Origin: an uncultured virus (IMG/VR IMGVR_UViG_3300033075_000390)
Taxonomy: Duplodnaviria; Heunggongvirae; Uroviricota; Caudoviricetes
Direction: 5' to 3' (one strand)
IMG/VR virus record: IMGVR_UViG_3300033075_000390
DNA: 64,000 nucleotides
Positions 50,725-61,007 of the stretch are shown here, piece by piece (position 1 is the first letter of the stretch; every line of letters begins with the position of its first letter). The position numbers and the translations under genes are program-made. The notes below the pieces were generated by a model. It was not told where the DNA came from. It did no database searches and saw only the letters and a program-made list of their open reading frames with translations.

Positions 50725-53700
50725 TTAAGGAGTCACAACAACTGGAACAGGTGTATCACCATTCTCAGGTTGAATACCAACCATAACACGGTTTCCATCA
50801 TCCCAACGCTCTGTACGAGAGTCTACATTCTGAACAAACTTAGCGATAGCAAACAAGCCAACATTAAGCTCTTCACGCATTCCTTTCAGTTCTGTAGTCA
50901 TTGTACTGTTAGTTGTTACGATAGTTGGGGTAGTTGTCCCTGTACCTGTTGAAGGTGTTAGAGTAGTGCTAATTGACGTTCCTAGCCCTTGTTCTTGTAT
51001 GTCTGCACTAACTGTAGCTGCTCGTTGAATAAGAGCTAAATCACGCGCATATTCGCTTCCAGTTACAGAGTAAGTTTTACTTAAACCCATCAAGTCCTTA
51101 CCAAGAGTAAGGAGCTTTTCAGCAGAAGCAGTGTCACCTTGCATAGCAAGAACAGAAGCTTGTTCAAACTGACTACGCAAGTAAGCAAGGTTACGTGGTT
51201 GTTCTGTTTCACCTCTTGCTGCTCTAGCTTGTTCAGCTAAATCACGTAGAGATTGTACAAGAGCATTCACTTCACTATTAGCACTATCCAAAGCATCTTG
51301 AAGATCGTTAAACTCAGGAGCTAATGCAATGATTTGACCATAAAGCTTTTGACCTGCTTCACTACTAATATCAATACTACTTACAAGATTTCTAAATGCT
51401 TTCACATCAGCAGGTAATTCCTTACCAAAGATAGCAAATTCATTTGTCAATCTACGTGTTAACTCAGCAGCTTGTTCAGCAGGAGACAACATCTCAAAGT
51501 AAGCATCTAAACCACTAGCTAAGCCATCTAAACCGCCTGCACCTAGAATCATAGAAGAAGTAAGATAATCACCACTCTTACCTGTCATAAACAATTGTTC
51601 TTGTAAATCTTCTAAGGTGTTAATGAAGTCTGTTATTTCTTCAGCACTACCATCGAAAGTATTTACAAGGTCAGTCATACCACCTTTGATAGTTGAAATA
51701 CCTACCTTAGTTAAGTATGATTGTCTAATGATTTCAGCAGCAAGGTCATCAGCTTGTTTGTTGATAATGTCAGTGTAGTTGATTGAAGTTACGTTTAATC
51801 TATCAGTGTAGTAAGCAGCTTCTTCAACAGCAGAAGCAACTTTCACTAGAGTTTCATAGTAACCTTCACCTACAGATTGGAACTCATCTAAACCACCAAA
51901 AGCTTGTTTAGCAAGGTCATCAGCAGCAGCCCCAAATACAGCTTCTAACTTCTCTTGGATTTCCTCACCACTAAGACCTTTAAGGTTGATCTTACCAATA
52001 GAAACTACAGCATTTTTAAGGTTATTTTCAACTGTACTTAAATCAGCACCAAGAATATCAGTAGCAGATAAGATTGAGTCATAGAAACCACCAAAGATTA
52101 GAGTAAATTGCTGTTTGATTTCATCATCCACAGCAGCATATTGAGTGCTTGTACTTGAACTACTACTAAACCAAGATTTAGTAGTTGTCTCAACATCGGC
52201 GTATTGCTTTAGGTTCAAACCATTGCTCAGAATATCAGATAGTTTTTGATCACTAGCATACAAACCACTTGCCACAACTTCCTGAGAAGTCTTACCAAAC
52301 AAACCACCAAATACGGTTGAAGCAATACCACTAACAAGATTTCCAAGTGCTCCACCTAACAGCAGTTTGTCTAAACCGAGTGTGAGCACGTTCATCATTG
52401 TTGTAGAAATGCCAGTATATATTTTATTAGCAGTACCAATTACACCTGTTAACTTACCATCAAACTCTAAGTTTGAGAAATCTCCACCTAACTCACCACG
52501 TAAGATTAAGTTAGTAACACCACCAATACTACTTTCAATGTTTCTCAAAGAGCGTAACATTGCAGAAGTTAATGGAAGCATTAGGTCACTGTTTTCAGAT
52601 AACAAGTCAATAGAGTTAGCAATACTAGCTGATTGAGCTTCTGAATCACCAAAGACTGTCCCTGTACCTTGATTTGATGTATCAACGTACTCACCACCGC
52701 TACTACCACCTCCACCAATAGTAATACCTAGCCCTGCAACTAAAGCCGCCATTGCTGCAAAACCAACGAAGGCAGCAGGACCGGGTTGTTGTGCAGCAGA
52801 AAGTACCGCACCAATCCCTGCTGAAGCATTAAAGCCTAACTGAGCAGCTACTTTAGTCGCAACAGAAGATAGGAATAACCCTAAGTCTTGAGCATACCCT
52901 GCAAGTTTAATAGCCATAGTTTTAATAGTGTCTTTCTTTTCCCAAAGAGCAAAAGCAATCTTTTTAGCTTGTAAAGCAATCTCTAAAGCGTTGATGATCT
53001 TATAACCTTTACTCTCTTCTTTAAAGAAAGACTTAGCAAACTTCAACCCTTGCCTATAAGCAATATCAATTGTCGCTGCTTTCTCTTTCTGTAAATCCTT
53101 TTCTACAGCAATTTGATTATTCGCTAAATCGAGTAATTGTTGTGATCGTTGTGTTTGTCCTTGTAAGCTAGCTAACTCTGCTTCAGCTTGATATTGACGC
53201 ATAGATTCTTGAACTGTTTTGATCTTTTCATCTAAATTTGTCATACCTGAAACATAAGCGTTTAAACCGTCTAAGGCTTCTTTGAAAGGATTTCCAAAGC
53301 TACCAAACACTTCAAAGTCGACATTACTGAAATCGCCTAAAGGGTTAGCTTTTTGCTCTTTCATCTTATTAGCGTAAGATTCTGCAAGCTCTAAAGATTT
53401 TCTTAGTTGAACAGCACGTTCAGCTTCAGAATCACCAATAGTCGCATAGTCTTCTTTTACTGCACGTAAGGTTTCACTCTCACCAGAAAGTAAACTATTA
53501 ATCTTTACACGAGCCTTAGCGTTTTCATACAACAAATCTAACTCATCTTGTTGCTTCAATTGAGTTTCAGCTTGTGAGAACAATAATCCTTGTGTAGCAC
53601 CAGCTAGTTTAGAAACAGCAATATTAGAAGTTGTGTAACCAAGAGCAATTGCTTTAGTAAGGATACCAGACTCTCTTAAGATTGAGTTAATCTTAATCTC

Positions 53701-56700
53701 AGAGGCTTCAGTAGCTTTCTTAACTCTCAAAGATTTCATCGCATTTTCATAATCTTCACCAAACTGATTATAGACGTTCTTACCGTTACTTAACTTAGCT
53801 ACACGAGATAAAGCAACTTTAAACCTTGCTTCTTCAATTCCCATGCCTTCTTTTAAGTATCTGTTTAATGTTTCTTGTTCAGTTATTTGATCAGACAGAG
53901 CGTAAGATTGTCCAAGTAAAGTATTCATGATAGACTTCTCAGCAGCTTCACGCCCTGAACTATCATTAGCAAAACTTGCAGCAGCTAATCCTTTCGCTGT
54001 TTCGTAATCTACACCTTCTTTAGTTAATTCAGCAATGACACCAAGCTGTTCGATCTGCTCTCTTAAAGATTTAGTATACTCTTGACGATTTTCTTCTCTA
54101 CGAGTCATTTCTTGAATGTTAGCTAACTCAGTAGCAACAGCAAGATTACCCTTGTAAATATTAATATACTCTTTTTGACTAGCAATACGAGCAATATCTA
54201 AGTTATTTACTCTCTTGAGAACATCGTAATATGTTGTCATCTCGATCACTTGGTTTTGAAACTTCTTCAGATCACGTTCAGATTCTTTACGTGTCTTGTT
54301 TAAGTCTTTTTCCGCTTTGTTACGAGACTGTGTTACAGCCGACAACGCTTCTTCTGACTTCTGTTGTTCTTGTAAAGCTTTAACATGATCAATGGTTGCA
54401 TACTTACCTTGACTACGAAGAGCTAAGTCTTGTTTAGCTAAGTCAACAGCTTTTGTCTGATCAAGATTAAAGGCTTTCATATAACGCAAAGCTAACTGGT
54501 TCGTCTTAGTTACGTTTTCTGCATCTTGTAAGAATTTATCAAACTTACTACCAGCAATCTCCGCCTCATCACCAGCACCTTTAGTTGTTATACCTAAAGC
54601 TTTAATTAACTTCTCAGCTTCTTTAGCTTTATTACCTGAAGTCTCTACACCACCAGCTAAGAGGTTAAATTTATCTTTACTCTCTTGAGAGATAATTGAA
54701 GATTTATTAATCTCGTTAGACAATTGAGAAAGTGTAATTTGACCTTCTTTGTATTTCAAACCAAGTTGACTGAGAGCTTGTGCTTGTGTAGAGGACATAT
54801 CGTTATAACGACTGAGAGCGAGAACGTTGGTAACTAATGCCTGTCTTTGATTGTCATATTCTTTAGTTAAATCTGAAACTGTTTTCTTTTCAGAGACCAT
54901 TTGTTCAAGTTGTTTAACTCGACTTAACTCTTTATACTTAGCAACTGCTTGATCAATACTTTCACCTTCTTTACGAAGTGATTCGGTTGTCTTTTCAGAT
55001 TCTTTGTTGAATAGTACATAAGATGCAACTGTTCCAGCTACAGTAAGAGCTAAACCAACCCAACCACCAAAGAACGCTAGAACACCTTTCATTGCGTTAC
55101 CTACGTCAGCGATAGCTACTGACATCACGGTTGCTGAACGGGCTGCACCAGCTTGTGCTGCTGCCATAGATAACAGTGTTGCTTGATAACGTATGCTCTC
55201 AATACGAGCTAATACAATCGCTGCAACATAACGTGATACAATAACAGCAGTCAAGATTTTAAAGGTTTCCACTACAGTTTGAATAGCACCTGAGTTTTCC
55301 TTGAACCAAGCATTTACCTCTTGACCCATTTCACGAGCACCTTGGCCAACTGTAAACATACTCTTAGCTAAATCCATCATAGATTCACCTAGAGCTTGTG
55401 TTATCCCTGCACCCTCGTTAAATTCACCAACAGCAACTAAGAATCCTGTCTTAATAGCGTTAGCTCCTTGCTCCATTGTTACACCTAACTTCTTATTTTC
55501 TTCAATCAATTTAGGGTACTCTTTCAGCAATGCTTTAGCGATAACTTCTGTAGTTAACTCCCCAGCAGAAGCCATCGCTTTTAATTGTTCCGCAGCTCTT
55601 CCTGACCCATCAGCAATAGCTTTGAGGAATCGTGGAGATGCTTCGCTAATTGATCTAAATTCGTCCCCAGCTAGTTTACCCGATGCCATTGCCTGTGAGA
55701 ACTGAATAGTTGCTGAAGCTGCTTCCATAGCTGTAGCACCACCGATACGCATAGACTTACCAAACGCATCTACAACAGATGTAACTGCTGCTGTATTAGC
55801 TCCAATCTTTTGCATAGCAGGGACTAAACGAGTGAACAATGTTGCAGTCTCTCGCAACCCTACGTTATTTTCAACAGAGAATTGAGCAAGTTGACTATTA
55901 ACTTTAGCTAACTCTTGAGTATCTTTGATGTACAACTTCATACGGTTCTGAATAGCTGTGTATTCATCTGCCATTTTAACTGTAGCAACAGCTAAGTTAG
56001 TCACAGCTGTCATAACACCATAGATAGCAGCAGATAGAGCAGCATATATAGCAATACCTTTAACCTGATCTAAGAAATTACTATGACTTGTTGTAACTTT
56101 CTCAACAGCAGGGTTTAATGCTTGTGTAGCTCTTGTTGTAGCTTCAATAGCAGACTTGTAGTTGTTTAATGTAGTTACATCAGCACCACTAACTTCTAAA
56201 CGAGCTAGACGAGTAGAATCTGTTTTACCATAACCTTGAGATACATACTTAGCTTTAGCTTGTTCGAGAGTAATAGCTTTTTGATTAGATTCATTTAAAG
56301 TGTTTTGAGCTTTGACTTGTTTATCAATGGCTTTTTGTCTTGCTTTCTCAGCATCATCTAAAATCTTTTGTTCCGCATCAGCTTTTTTCTTAGCTTCTTT
56401 TTCTTGGTCTCTGTATTGTTTCTTTAATTCCTCAAGACCTTTGTTTTGTTGCTCAATCGAGTCAAGAATACCCCCACCTAAAGATTTGTTTGATAACTTT
56501 TCATACTGAGTGACAGTATCTTGAACCAACTTCGCTTGTTGTTCTTGTTGTTTCTGTTGTTCTTTGCTTAACTGAGCCAAGTCTTTACGAGTTTGTTCTA
56601 AACCTTTATTATTTAGTTGATTTGAAATATACTCGTTTGTTTGGGATACTGTAGCTCCAAGTTGTTTAAAACTTGCAATAGAGGTAGCGGTAGTTTTATC

Positions 56701-56946
56701 TAACCCTTTACCCAAGTAATCCCCAATAATCTTTTGCTTCTCTAAAGCTTTAGAGGTTTTATCAACCTCCTTAGTTACTTGTTGTGTAGAGTCTTTAACT
56801 TTCTTTTGACTGCTCTCGAAATCAGAAGAAGCTTTCTTACCTTTTGTACCAATGTTATCAACTTTATCGAGAAGCTTATCAACTTCTGTATTAGCGTCTT
56901 TTAAACCATTAGCGTTAATCTGAAAACCAATTTTAACTAAATCCAT
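50725..56946 (-). CDS. tape measure protein
   Basis: 2073 aa, helical; tape-measure domain (QFSQAMASGKL.GDEFRSI.E); follows tail chaperones. Confidence 0.93.
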   Translation of the reverse strand: MDLVKIGFQINANGLKDANTEVDKLLDKVDNIGTKGKKASSDFESSQKKVKDSTQQVTKEVDKTSKALEKQKIIGDYLGKGLDKTTATSIASFKQLGATVSQTNEYISNQLNNKGLEQTRKDLAQLSKEQQKQQEQQAKLVQDTVTQYEKLSNKSLGGGILDSIEQQNKGLEELKKQYRDQEKEAKKKADAEQKILDDAEKARQKAIDKQVKAQNTLNESNQKAITLEQAKAKYVSQGYGKTDSTRLARLEVSGADVTTLNNYKSAIEATTRATQALNPAVEKVTTSHSNFLDQVKGIAIYAALSAAIYGVMTAVTNLAVATVKMADEYTAIQNRMKLYIKDTQELAKVNSQLAQFSVENNVGLRETATLFTRLVPAMQKIGANTAAVTSVVDAFGKSMRIGGATAMEAASATIQFSQAMASGKLAGDEFRSISEASPRFLKAIADGSGRAAEQLKAMASAGELTTEVIAKALLKEYPKLIEENKKLGVTMEQGANAIKTGFLVAVGEFNEGAGITQALGESMMDLAKSMFTVGQGAREMGQEVNAWFKENSGAIQTVVETFKILTAVIVSRYVAAIVLARIESIRYQATLLSMAAAQAGAARSATVMSVAIADVGNAMKGVLAFFGGWVGLALTVAGTVASYVLFNKESEKTTESLRKEGESIDQAVAKYKELSRVKQLEQMVSEKKTVSDLTKEYDNQRQALVTNVLALSRYNDMSSTQAQALSQLGLKYKEGQITLSQLSNEINKSSIISQESKDKFNLLAGGVETSGNKAKEAEKLIKALGITTKGAGDEAEIAGSKFDKFLQDAENVTKTNQLALRYMKAFNLDQTKAVDLAKQDLALRSQGKYATIDHVKALQEQQKSEEALSAVTQSRNKAEKDLNKTRKESERDLKKFQNQVIEMTTYYDVLKRVNNLDIARIASQKEYINIYKGNLAVATELANIQEMTRREENRQEYTKSLREQIEQLGVIAELTKEGVDYETAKGLAAASFANDSSGREAAEKSIMNTLLGQSYALSDQITEQETLNRYLKEGMGIEEARFKVALSRVAKLSNGKNVYNQFGEDYENAMKSLRVKKATEASEIKINSILRESGILTKAIALGYTTSNIAVSKLAGATQGLLFSQAETQLKQQDELDLLYENAKARVKINSLLSGESETLRAVKEDYATIGDSEAERAVQLRKSLELAESYANKMKEQKANPLGDFSNVDFEVFGSFGNPFKEALDGLNAYVSGMTNLDEKIKTVQESMRQYQAEAELASLQGQTQRSQQLLDLANNQIAVEKDLQKEKAATIDIAYRQGLKFAKSFFKEESKGYKIINALEIALQAKKIAFALWEKKDTIKTMAIKLAGYAQDLGLFLSSVATKVAAQLGFNASAGIGAVLSAAQQPGPAAFVGFAAMAALVAGLGITIGGGGSSGGEYVDTSNQGTGTVFGDSEAQSASIANSIDLLSENSDLMLPLTSAMLRSLRNIESSIGGVTNLILRGELGGDFSNLEFDGKLTGVIGTANKIYTGISTTMMNVLTLGLDKLLLGGALGNLVSGIASTVFGGLFGKTSQEVVASGLYASDQKLSDILSNGLNLKQYADVETTTKSWFSSSSSTSTQYAAVDDEIKQQFTLIFGGFYDSILSATDILGADLSTVENNLKNAVVSIGKINLKGLSGEEIQEKLEAVFGAAADDLAKQAFGGLDEFQSVGEGYYETLVKVASAVEEAAYYTDRLNVTSINYTDIINKQADDLAAEIIRQSYLTKVGISTIKGGMTDLVNTFDGSAEEITDFINTLEDLQEQLFMTGKSGDYLTSSMILGAGGLDGLASGLDAYFEMLSPAEQAAELTRRLTNEFAIFGKELPADVKAFRNLVSSIDISSEAGQKLYGQIIALAPEFNDLQDALDSANSEVNALVQSLRDLAEQARAARGETEQPRNLAYLRSQFEQASVLAMQGDTASAEKLLTLGKDLMGLSKTYSVTGSEYARDLALIQRAATVSADIQEQGLGTSISTTLTPSTGTGTTTPTIVTTNSTMTTELKGMREELNVGLFAIAKFVQNVDSRTERWDDGNRVMVGIQPENGDTPVPVVVTP

Positions 56947-56984
56947 TACTATTCCTCGTGTTTAGTCTTTGCTTCTCATTGTTC

Positions 56985-57404
56985 TTACTTATTCTTAGAA
57001 GCTTTTTCTTTTTCTTTGTTGTGGTGTTCTAACCACACCTTATCCCACACCCTAATCAGCTCTAACTCATAAGGTTCAGGTAATACATCTTCTAAGGTGA
57101 AGAACGCTAACATTTCTTGGTAACTAATAGCACAAAAACCTCCAAAACCTCCTGACTGCCTCGTTTGATTTAAACGTAAGAAATACGTCCATGCAAATTG
57201 AGCAGCACTTGGAAGTAATGGAGGTTCTTCTGTTGCTTCTTGTAATATCTTTTGATGACCACCCATAGAGGCAAGGAAAGGGTTATCCTTAGCTGCCTCA
57301 ATATGGTCATTTACAGTTGATCCATCAGATGCTCTCTGAGTGTGTTCAATCTGATATTGGCAATACTCAATACAGTCATCAAGAATATTGCTTAGATGAA
57401 ATTT
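56985..57404 (-). CDS. tail assembly chaperone, -1 frameshift extension (gpGT-like)
   Basis: Slippery A AAT TTC (57398-57404, minus); -1 frame is open into MGGHQKILQE... Confidence 0.8.
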   Translation of the reverse strand, partial: KFHLSNILDDCIEYCQYQIEHTQRASDGSTVNDHIEAAKDNPFLASMGGHQKILQEATEEPPLLPSAAQFAWTYFLRLNQTRQSGGFGGFCAISYQEMLAFFTLEDVLPEPYELELIRVWDKVWLEHHNKEKEKASKNK

Positions 57405-57796
57405 GCAGCATTGTCACTTTCTTCTAAGACTTGTCCACGTACCCAATCAAGTTCTTGCATAATACGTTTAATGTTTTCAGGAGTAGGTTCTACAACCTTA
57501 CCATCTTCCTCTAAACCTTTCCAAGTAACGATACGTGCTGCTGCTGATTCAATAAGAGTTGCTTCAGCTTCATCTAAGTCTACAGGTTGTTCACCTTTAC
57601 CTCTGCGCTTAGCTTGCAATTCTTTCATCTGCATTTTATTAAATAAATCTTTACTGTATTTCTTCATCTTAGGTGATTGATTACCACGTACAGTAATGAA
57701 GAAATCTGTTGAAGTACCGTCAGGTAACTTCACTTCAAACTCGTAACCAGCTTCAGCTTTTTCTGAAAGGTTGTTTAATTTAATATCAAAAGCCAT
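57392..57796 (-). CDS. tail assembly chaperone (gpG-like)
   Basis: Between major tail and tape measure genes; W.GL...TPEN...W...QV....NF pattern. Confidence 0.82.
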   Translation of the reverse strand: MAFDIKLNNLSEKAEAGYEFEVKLPDGTSTDFFITVRGNQSPKMKKYSKDLFNKMQMKELQAKRRGKGEQPVDLDEAEATLIESAAARIVTWKGLEEDGKVVEPTPENIKRIMQELDWVRGQVLEESDNAANFI

Positions 57797-57870
57797 GTTC
57801 TTTTCCTCAAAATAAATAAAAATAAAATTTAAAATGAGGGGACTTTCACCCCTCCGTTTTTAATCGTTAA

Positions 57871-59076
57871 TTACACTAATGATGAATCACAAATCATAAT
57901 AGTTGTTGCTTCAAAACCATTTGCACCATTACCTTTAAGGGCTTGGAATGAGTTAGAAGAAACAATACCTTTTTCACCATCATCTTTAGTATCGGTAGAC
58001 AGTTTAAGACGTGGAATAGTGAAAGACATAAACTCTGAATCAGGTAAGCTGTTAGCCGTTAAAGCTACAACCAAACTAATTTCTGTTTCTTCATCAAAGT
58101 AACCAGCGAATGTACCGTCTTGATATAGAGTAGTGAAGTCACCATCTACGATAATACGACCTTCGTAGATTTCAGGTTTGATATTACTACCAACTACTGC
58201 TTCAGAAGTCATGTTACGGTTGATGTTAAAGTTAGCACCAGTAACAAGAGCAACAGGAGCACCGTTTACAATCAAAGCACCATTTACTGCGGCAAAGATA
58301 CCATTGCTGTTTTGAGCTGTAGGGGTAGTGAAGAACTGTGATACGCCACGTTGCTTCAAGTCTTGACCCATAAAACTAAGATCAACAGTTGTCAAACCAG
58401 TTGCAGGAAGTGCAATACCAACAGTATTTACTTTATTACCTACTGTTACTTCTGATTGACCGATATCTGAATACCATTCTTCAAATGTATATGAATCGTC
58501 TGTATGACCAGTTGTAGGAGCGTAAGTTGTTTTACCTGCTACTGTATATGTACCACCTGAAGCTACTGTCTCAGCAGTTAGTTTTACATTGTTTAGGGCT
58601 ACTACAGTAGCTACTGTTGCTGTTAAGGCAATAACAAGCAAGTTAGCATTGTTGTTTGCTGTAGCGAAGCCTGTTAATCGAATAACATTACCAACACGAA
58701 CTGCATCAGTTAACCAACTACCAGTTGTACGAGTGATTGTGTACTTACCAGTAACAGAAGCAATAGTTGTACCACCTAAAGCGGATGGTGTAGATGCTGT
58801 CCAGTTACGAGCTAAAGCAGAAGCTAAGAAATCTGCATAAGTTCCTGCACTAAGTTCACCTGAGATACTGCCTTCTACAGAACGAACACCATGACGGAAA
58901 TCAACCAATTGATAATCTGTACGGATTTCTTCTGATTGATAAGTTTCTTTTGTTAAGTTAAAAGTAGACGATACTCGACGAAGTGTTTGTCCACCAGTTG
59001 TAGGGGAAGGTAATGTACCAAAAGAAGTTTCTTTTTTATAAGATACTACTTTATTAATACCTGAAGCTGTTGCCAT
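57871..59076 (-). CDS. major tail tube protein
   Basis: KETSFG, SEEIR.D.Q....RHG...V.G.I.GEL pattern; gene order. Confidence 0.85.
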   Translation of the reverse strand: MATASGINKVVSYKKETSFGTLPSPTTGGQTLRRVSSTFNLTKETYQSEEIRTDYQLVDFRHGVRSVEGSISGELSAGTYADFLASALARNWTASTPSALGGTTIASVTGKYTITRTTGSWLTDAVRVGNVIRLTGFATANNNANLLVIALTATVATVVALNNVKLTAETVASGGTYTVAGKTTYAPTTGHTDDSYTFEEWYSDIGQSEVTVGNKVNTVGIALPATGLTTVDLSFMGQDLKQRGVSQFFTTPTAQNSNGIFAAVNGALIVNGAPVALVTGANFNINRNMTSEAVVGSNIKPEIYEGRIIVDGDFTTLYQDGTFAGYFDEETEISLVVALTANSLPDSEFMSFTIPRLKLSTDTKDDGEKGIVSSNSFQALKGNGANGFEATTIMICDSSLV

Positions 59077-59130
59077 TATTTACTCCACAATTATTGTTAT
59101 AAATTATTTTAAATTAGATAAAGAGGTGAT

Positions 59131-59541
59131 CTAGTATTGCTCAGAGTAATATCTAATACGAATCGTAATCTCTGCTCTATTATCATTTATATAGACAGAT
59201 GATATTTCGGGTGTTCTGTCTATAATTATTTTATCCGAACCTTCAACTAATGTTGTACCTCTTTTAAAATAATCTTTCACCATATCAGCCATAGTAGCTA
59301 ATGTTCCAACACCTTTACCTTTAGGGTAGGATAATACAACTTGATAGAAACCAATCTCTCTATTGTAATTATCACCAAATGTAGGATTCTCAACAGGTAG
59401 AGGAACTAATCTTGACAGTTGATGAGGGAAATCAGCTTTAGGTGTAAAGGTTGTATTCTCATAAGCTGTGTTTACTGCACCTAAACCTAAAGGCATTGCT
59501 ACAAGCTTCTTCTCGAAAGCCTTTCTTATGTTACTTTGCAT
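59131..59541 (-). CDS. tail terminator
   Basis: YEN..F.P, G.YQV...YPKG.G, F.RG pattern; gene order. Confidence 0.75.
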   Translation of the reverse strand: MQSNIRKAFEKKLVAMPLGLGAVNTAYENTTFTPKADFPHQLSRLVPLPVENPTFGDNYNREIGFYQVVLSYPKGKGVGTLATMADMVKDYFKRGTTLVEGSDKIIIDRTPEISSVYINDNRAEITIRIRYYSEQY

Positions 59542-59552
59542 AACAACACCTC

Positions 59553-60026
59553 TTATATTTTACTAACTTTATCTGCTACTATTTCTAATATTGATTTTGC
59601 TGTTGATATATTCTTTGATACAACGTGATAACCATCTTTAGCTTTCCAACCATATTCAGGGTTATCCCTCCAACCTTCTTCAACCTTATCAGCGTGATCT
59701 ACGTTGTTAGTGACATAAACTTCTTCTTCTAAATTATATCGCTTACCTTTCACAATAGCGTCTGCTACTGCTGCTGTCCCTGCTGTGTCGGCTACTCTTG
59801 TAGATGGGTCAGGAGTACCTAAACCAACGTTCCATGAGTTTTTAAAATCACCAACATCGTTCTGTATTGCCCCTTGTGTAGAAGCATAGAAAGGCGCACC
59901 TAAAGGACTTTCATCTACAAGCATTACTGTAATCTTTTCTAATGATCCACCTACAAGCATTTTACTCTTTAAAGCAATCTTAGCTTTTAAAGCAGCAATA
60001 CCTTGTGAACCTTCGTATATCGCCAT
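59553..60026 (-). CDS. tail completion / HK97 gp10-like neck protein
   Basis: SP...D.G.FKNSW.V, Y.TNN..HA..VE.GW. Confidence 0.7.
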   Translation of the reverse strand: MAIYEGSQGIAALKAKIALKSKMLVGGSLEKITVMLVDESPLGAPFYASTQGAIQNDVGDFKNSWNVGLGTPDPSTRVADTAGTAAVADAIVKGKRYNLEEEVYVTNNVDHADKVEEGWRDNPEYGWKAKDGYHVVSKNISTAKSILEIVADKVSKI

Positions 60027-60052
60027 GTTGTACCTCTTTAATCGTTAAATCG

Positions 60053-60439
60053 TTAAACACTTACACAGAGGACACGCCACATACAAGCTTCACCAAAACC
60101 TTCATATTTACTAACCTCTACAACCTCAACAGATTCATCTACACCTAAGAATATATCAGTAACTAAATCACCAACTTTAGGTCTTACAGCTAGGTCAGTT
60201 GCGGAGATAAGGAATACAGTTAGTTTCTTACCAACAAGGTTAGGAGATTTAACTTCCTTGTACTTAGGTTCTGTCTCAAACATCTTGATTGTATATAACG
60301 TACTTATTGTTTCTACTGTTTGAGTTTCACGATTATATGTTTCACTACCAATACTCTTGTAAACTCGTGTCTTACCATGTTTACCAATCAAGCGTTTTGC
60401 ACCTGATTTGAAACGGTTAGATTGTAAATCCATATTCAC
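60053..60439 (-). CDS. head closure / head-tail joining protein
   Basis: A.RLI.K.G, Y...T, P..GD pattern; gene order. Confidence 0.65.
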   Translation of the reverse strand: MNMDLQSNRFKSGAKRLIGKHGKTRVYKSIGSETYNRETQTVETISTLYTIKMFETEPKYKEVKSPNLVGKKLTVFLISATDLAVRPKVGDLVTDIFLGVDESVEVVEVSKYEGFGEACMWRVLCVSV

Positions 60440-60467
60440 TACCTTAAAGTGTTAGAGTTTAAAAGGT

Positions 60468-60920
60468 TTAAAAAGTATTAGGAAATCTCTTAAACACTTG
60501 TTGGTTTGTGTTATTTGTACAACTAGCATCACCATCTGTAGGGATACCTGCATCTACATCAACAACCAAGTTATCGTAGTTTTCTACGTTAGCTCGAATA
60601 TCTGCTACGCTGATACCACCAGCATAAGGCATTGCACCATTAATAGCGAAACTAAAGTTAGGATCATTCAGATACATTTGTAATGTTTTATAATAGTTGT
60701 TAAACCAATCATGATCCCATGATTCAAGAACATCTGCTTTAGTGTGAGTTAGTTGAGATAGGATGAATAATACAGTCTTACCACAATCTAAACTTGCTCT
60801 ACGAACATTATTCTTATTCTTTTCTAAGTAGTAAGCAATTTCTTCATCAGAAAGTAGGTCATAGGCATTACCAATTAAACCCACGTTTAGTCTCACTTCT
60901 TGGACTAATGTTAATGCCAT
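60468..60920 (-). CDS. head-tail adaptor
   Basis: VRL..G......LSDEEI.Y.L, PYAGGIS; follows capsid gene. Confidence 0.7.
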   Translation of the reverse strand: MALTLVQEVRLNVGLIGNAYDLLSDEEIAYYLEKNKNNVRRASLDCGKTVLFILSQLTHTKADVLESWDHDWFNNYYKTLQMYLNDPNFSFAINGAMPYAGGISVADIRANVENYDNLVVDVDAGIPTDGDASCTNNTNQQVFKRFPNTF

Positions 60921-61007
60921 TATTATTTCCTTTGTTTATAATTCTAATTACTTGTAATTCTAATAGTGATGCAACCTCCTAAGAAGTTGCATTGTATTAA
61001 AACTTAA

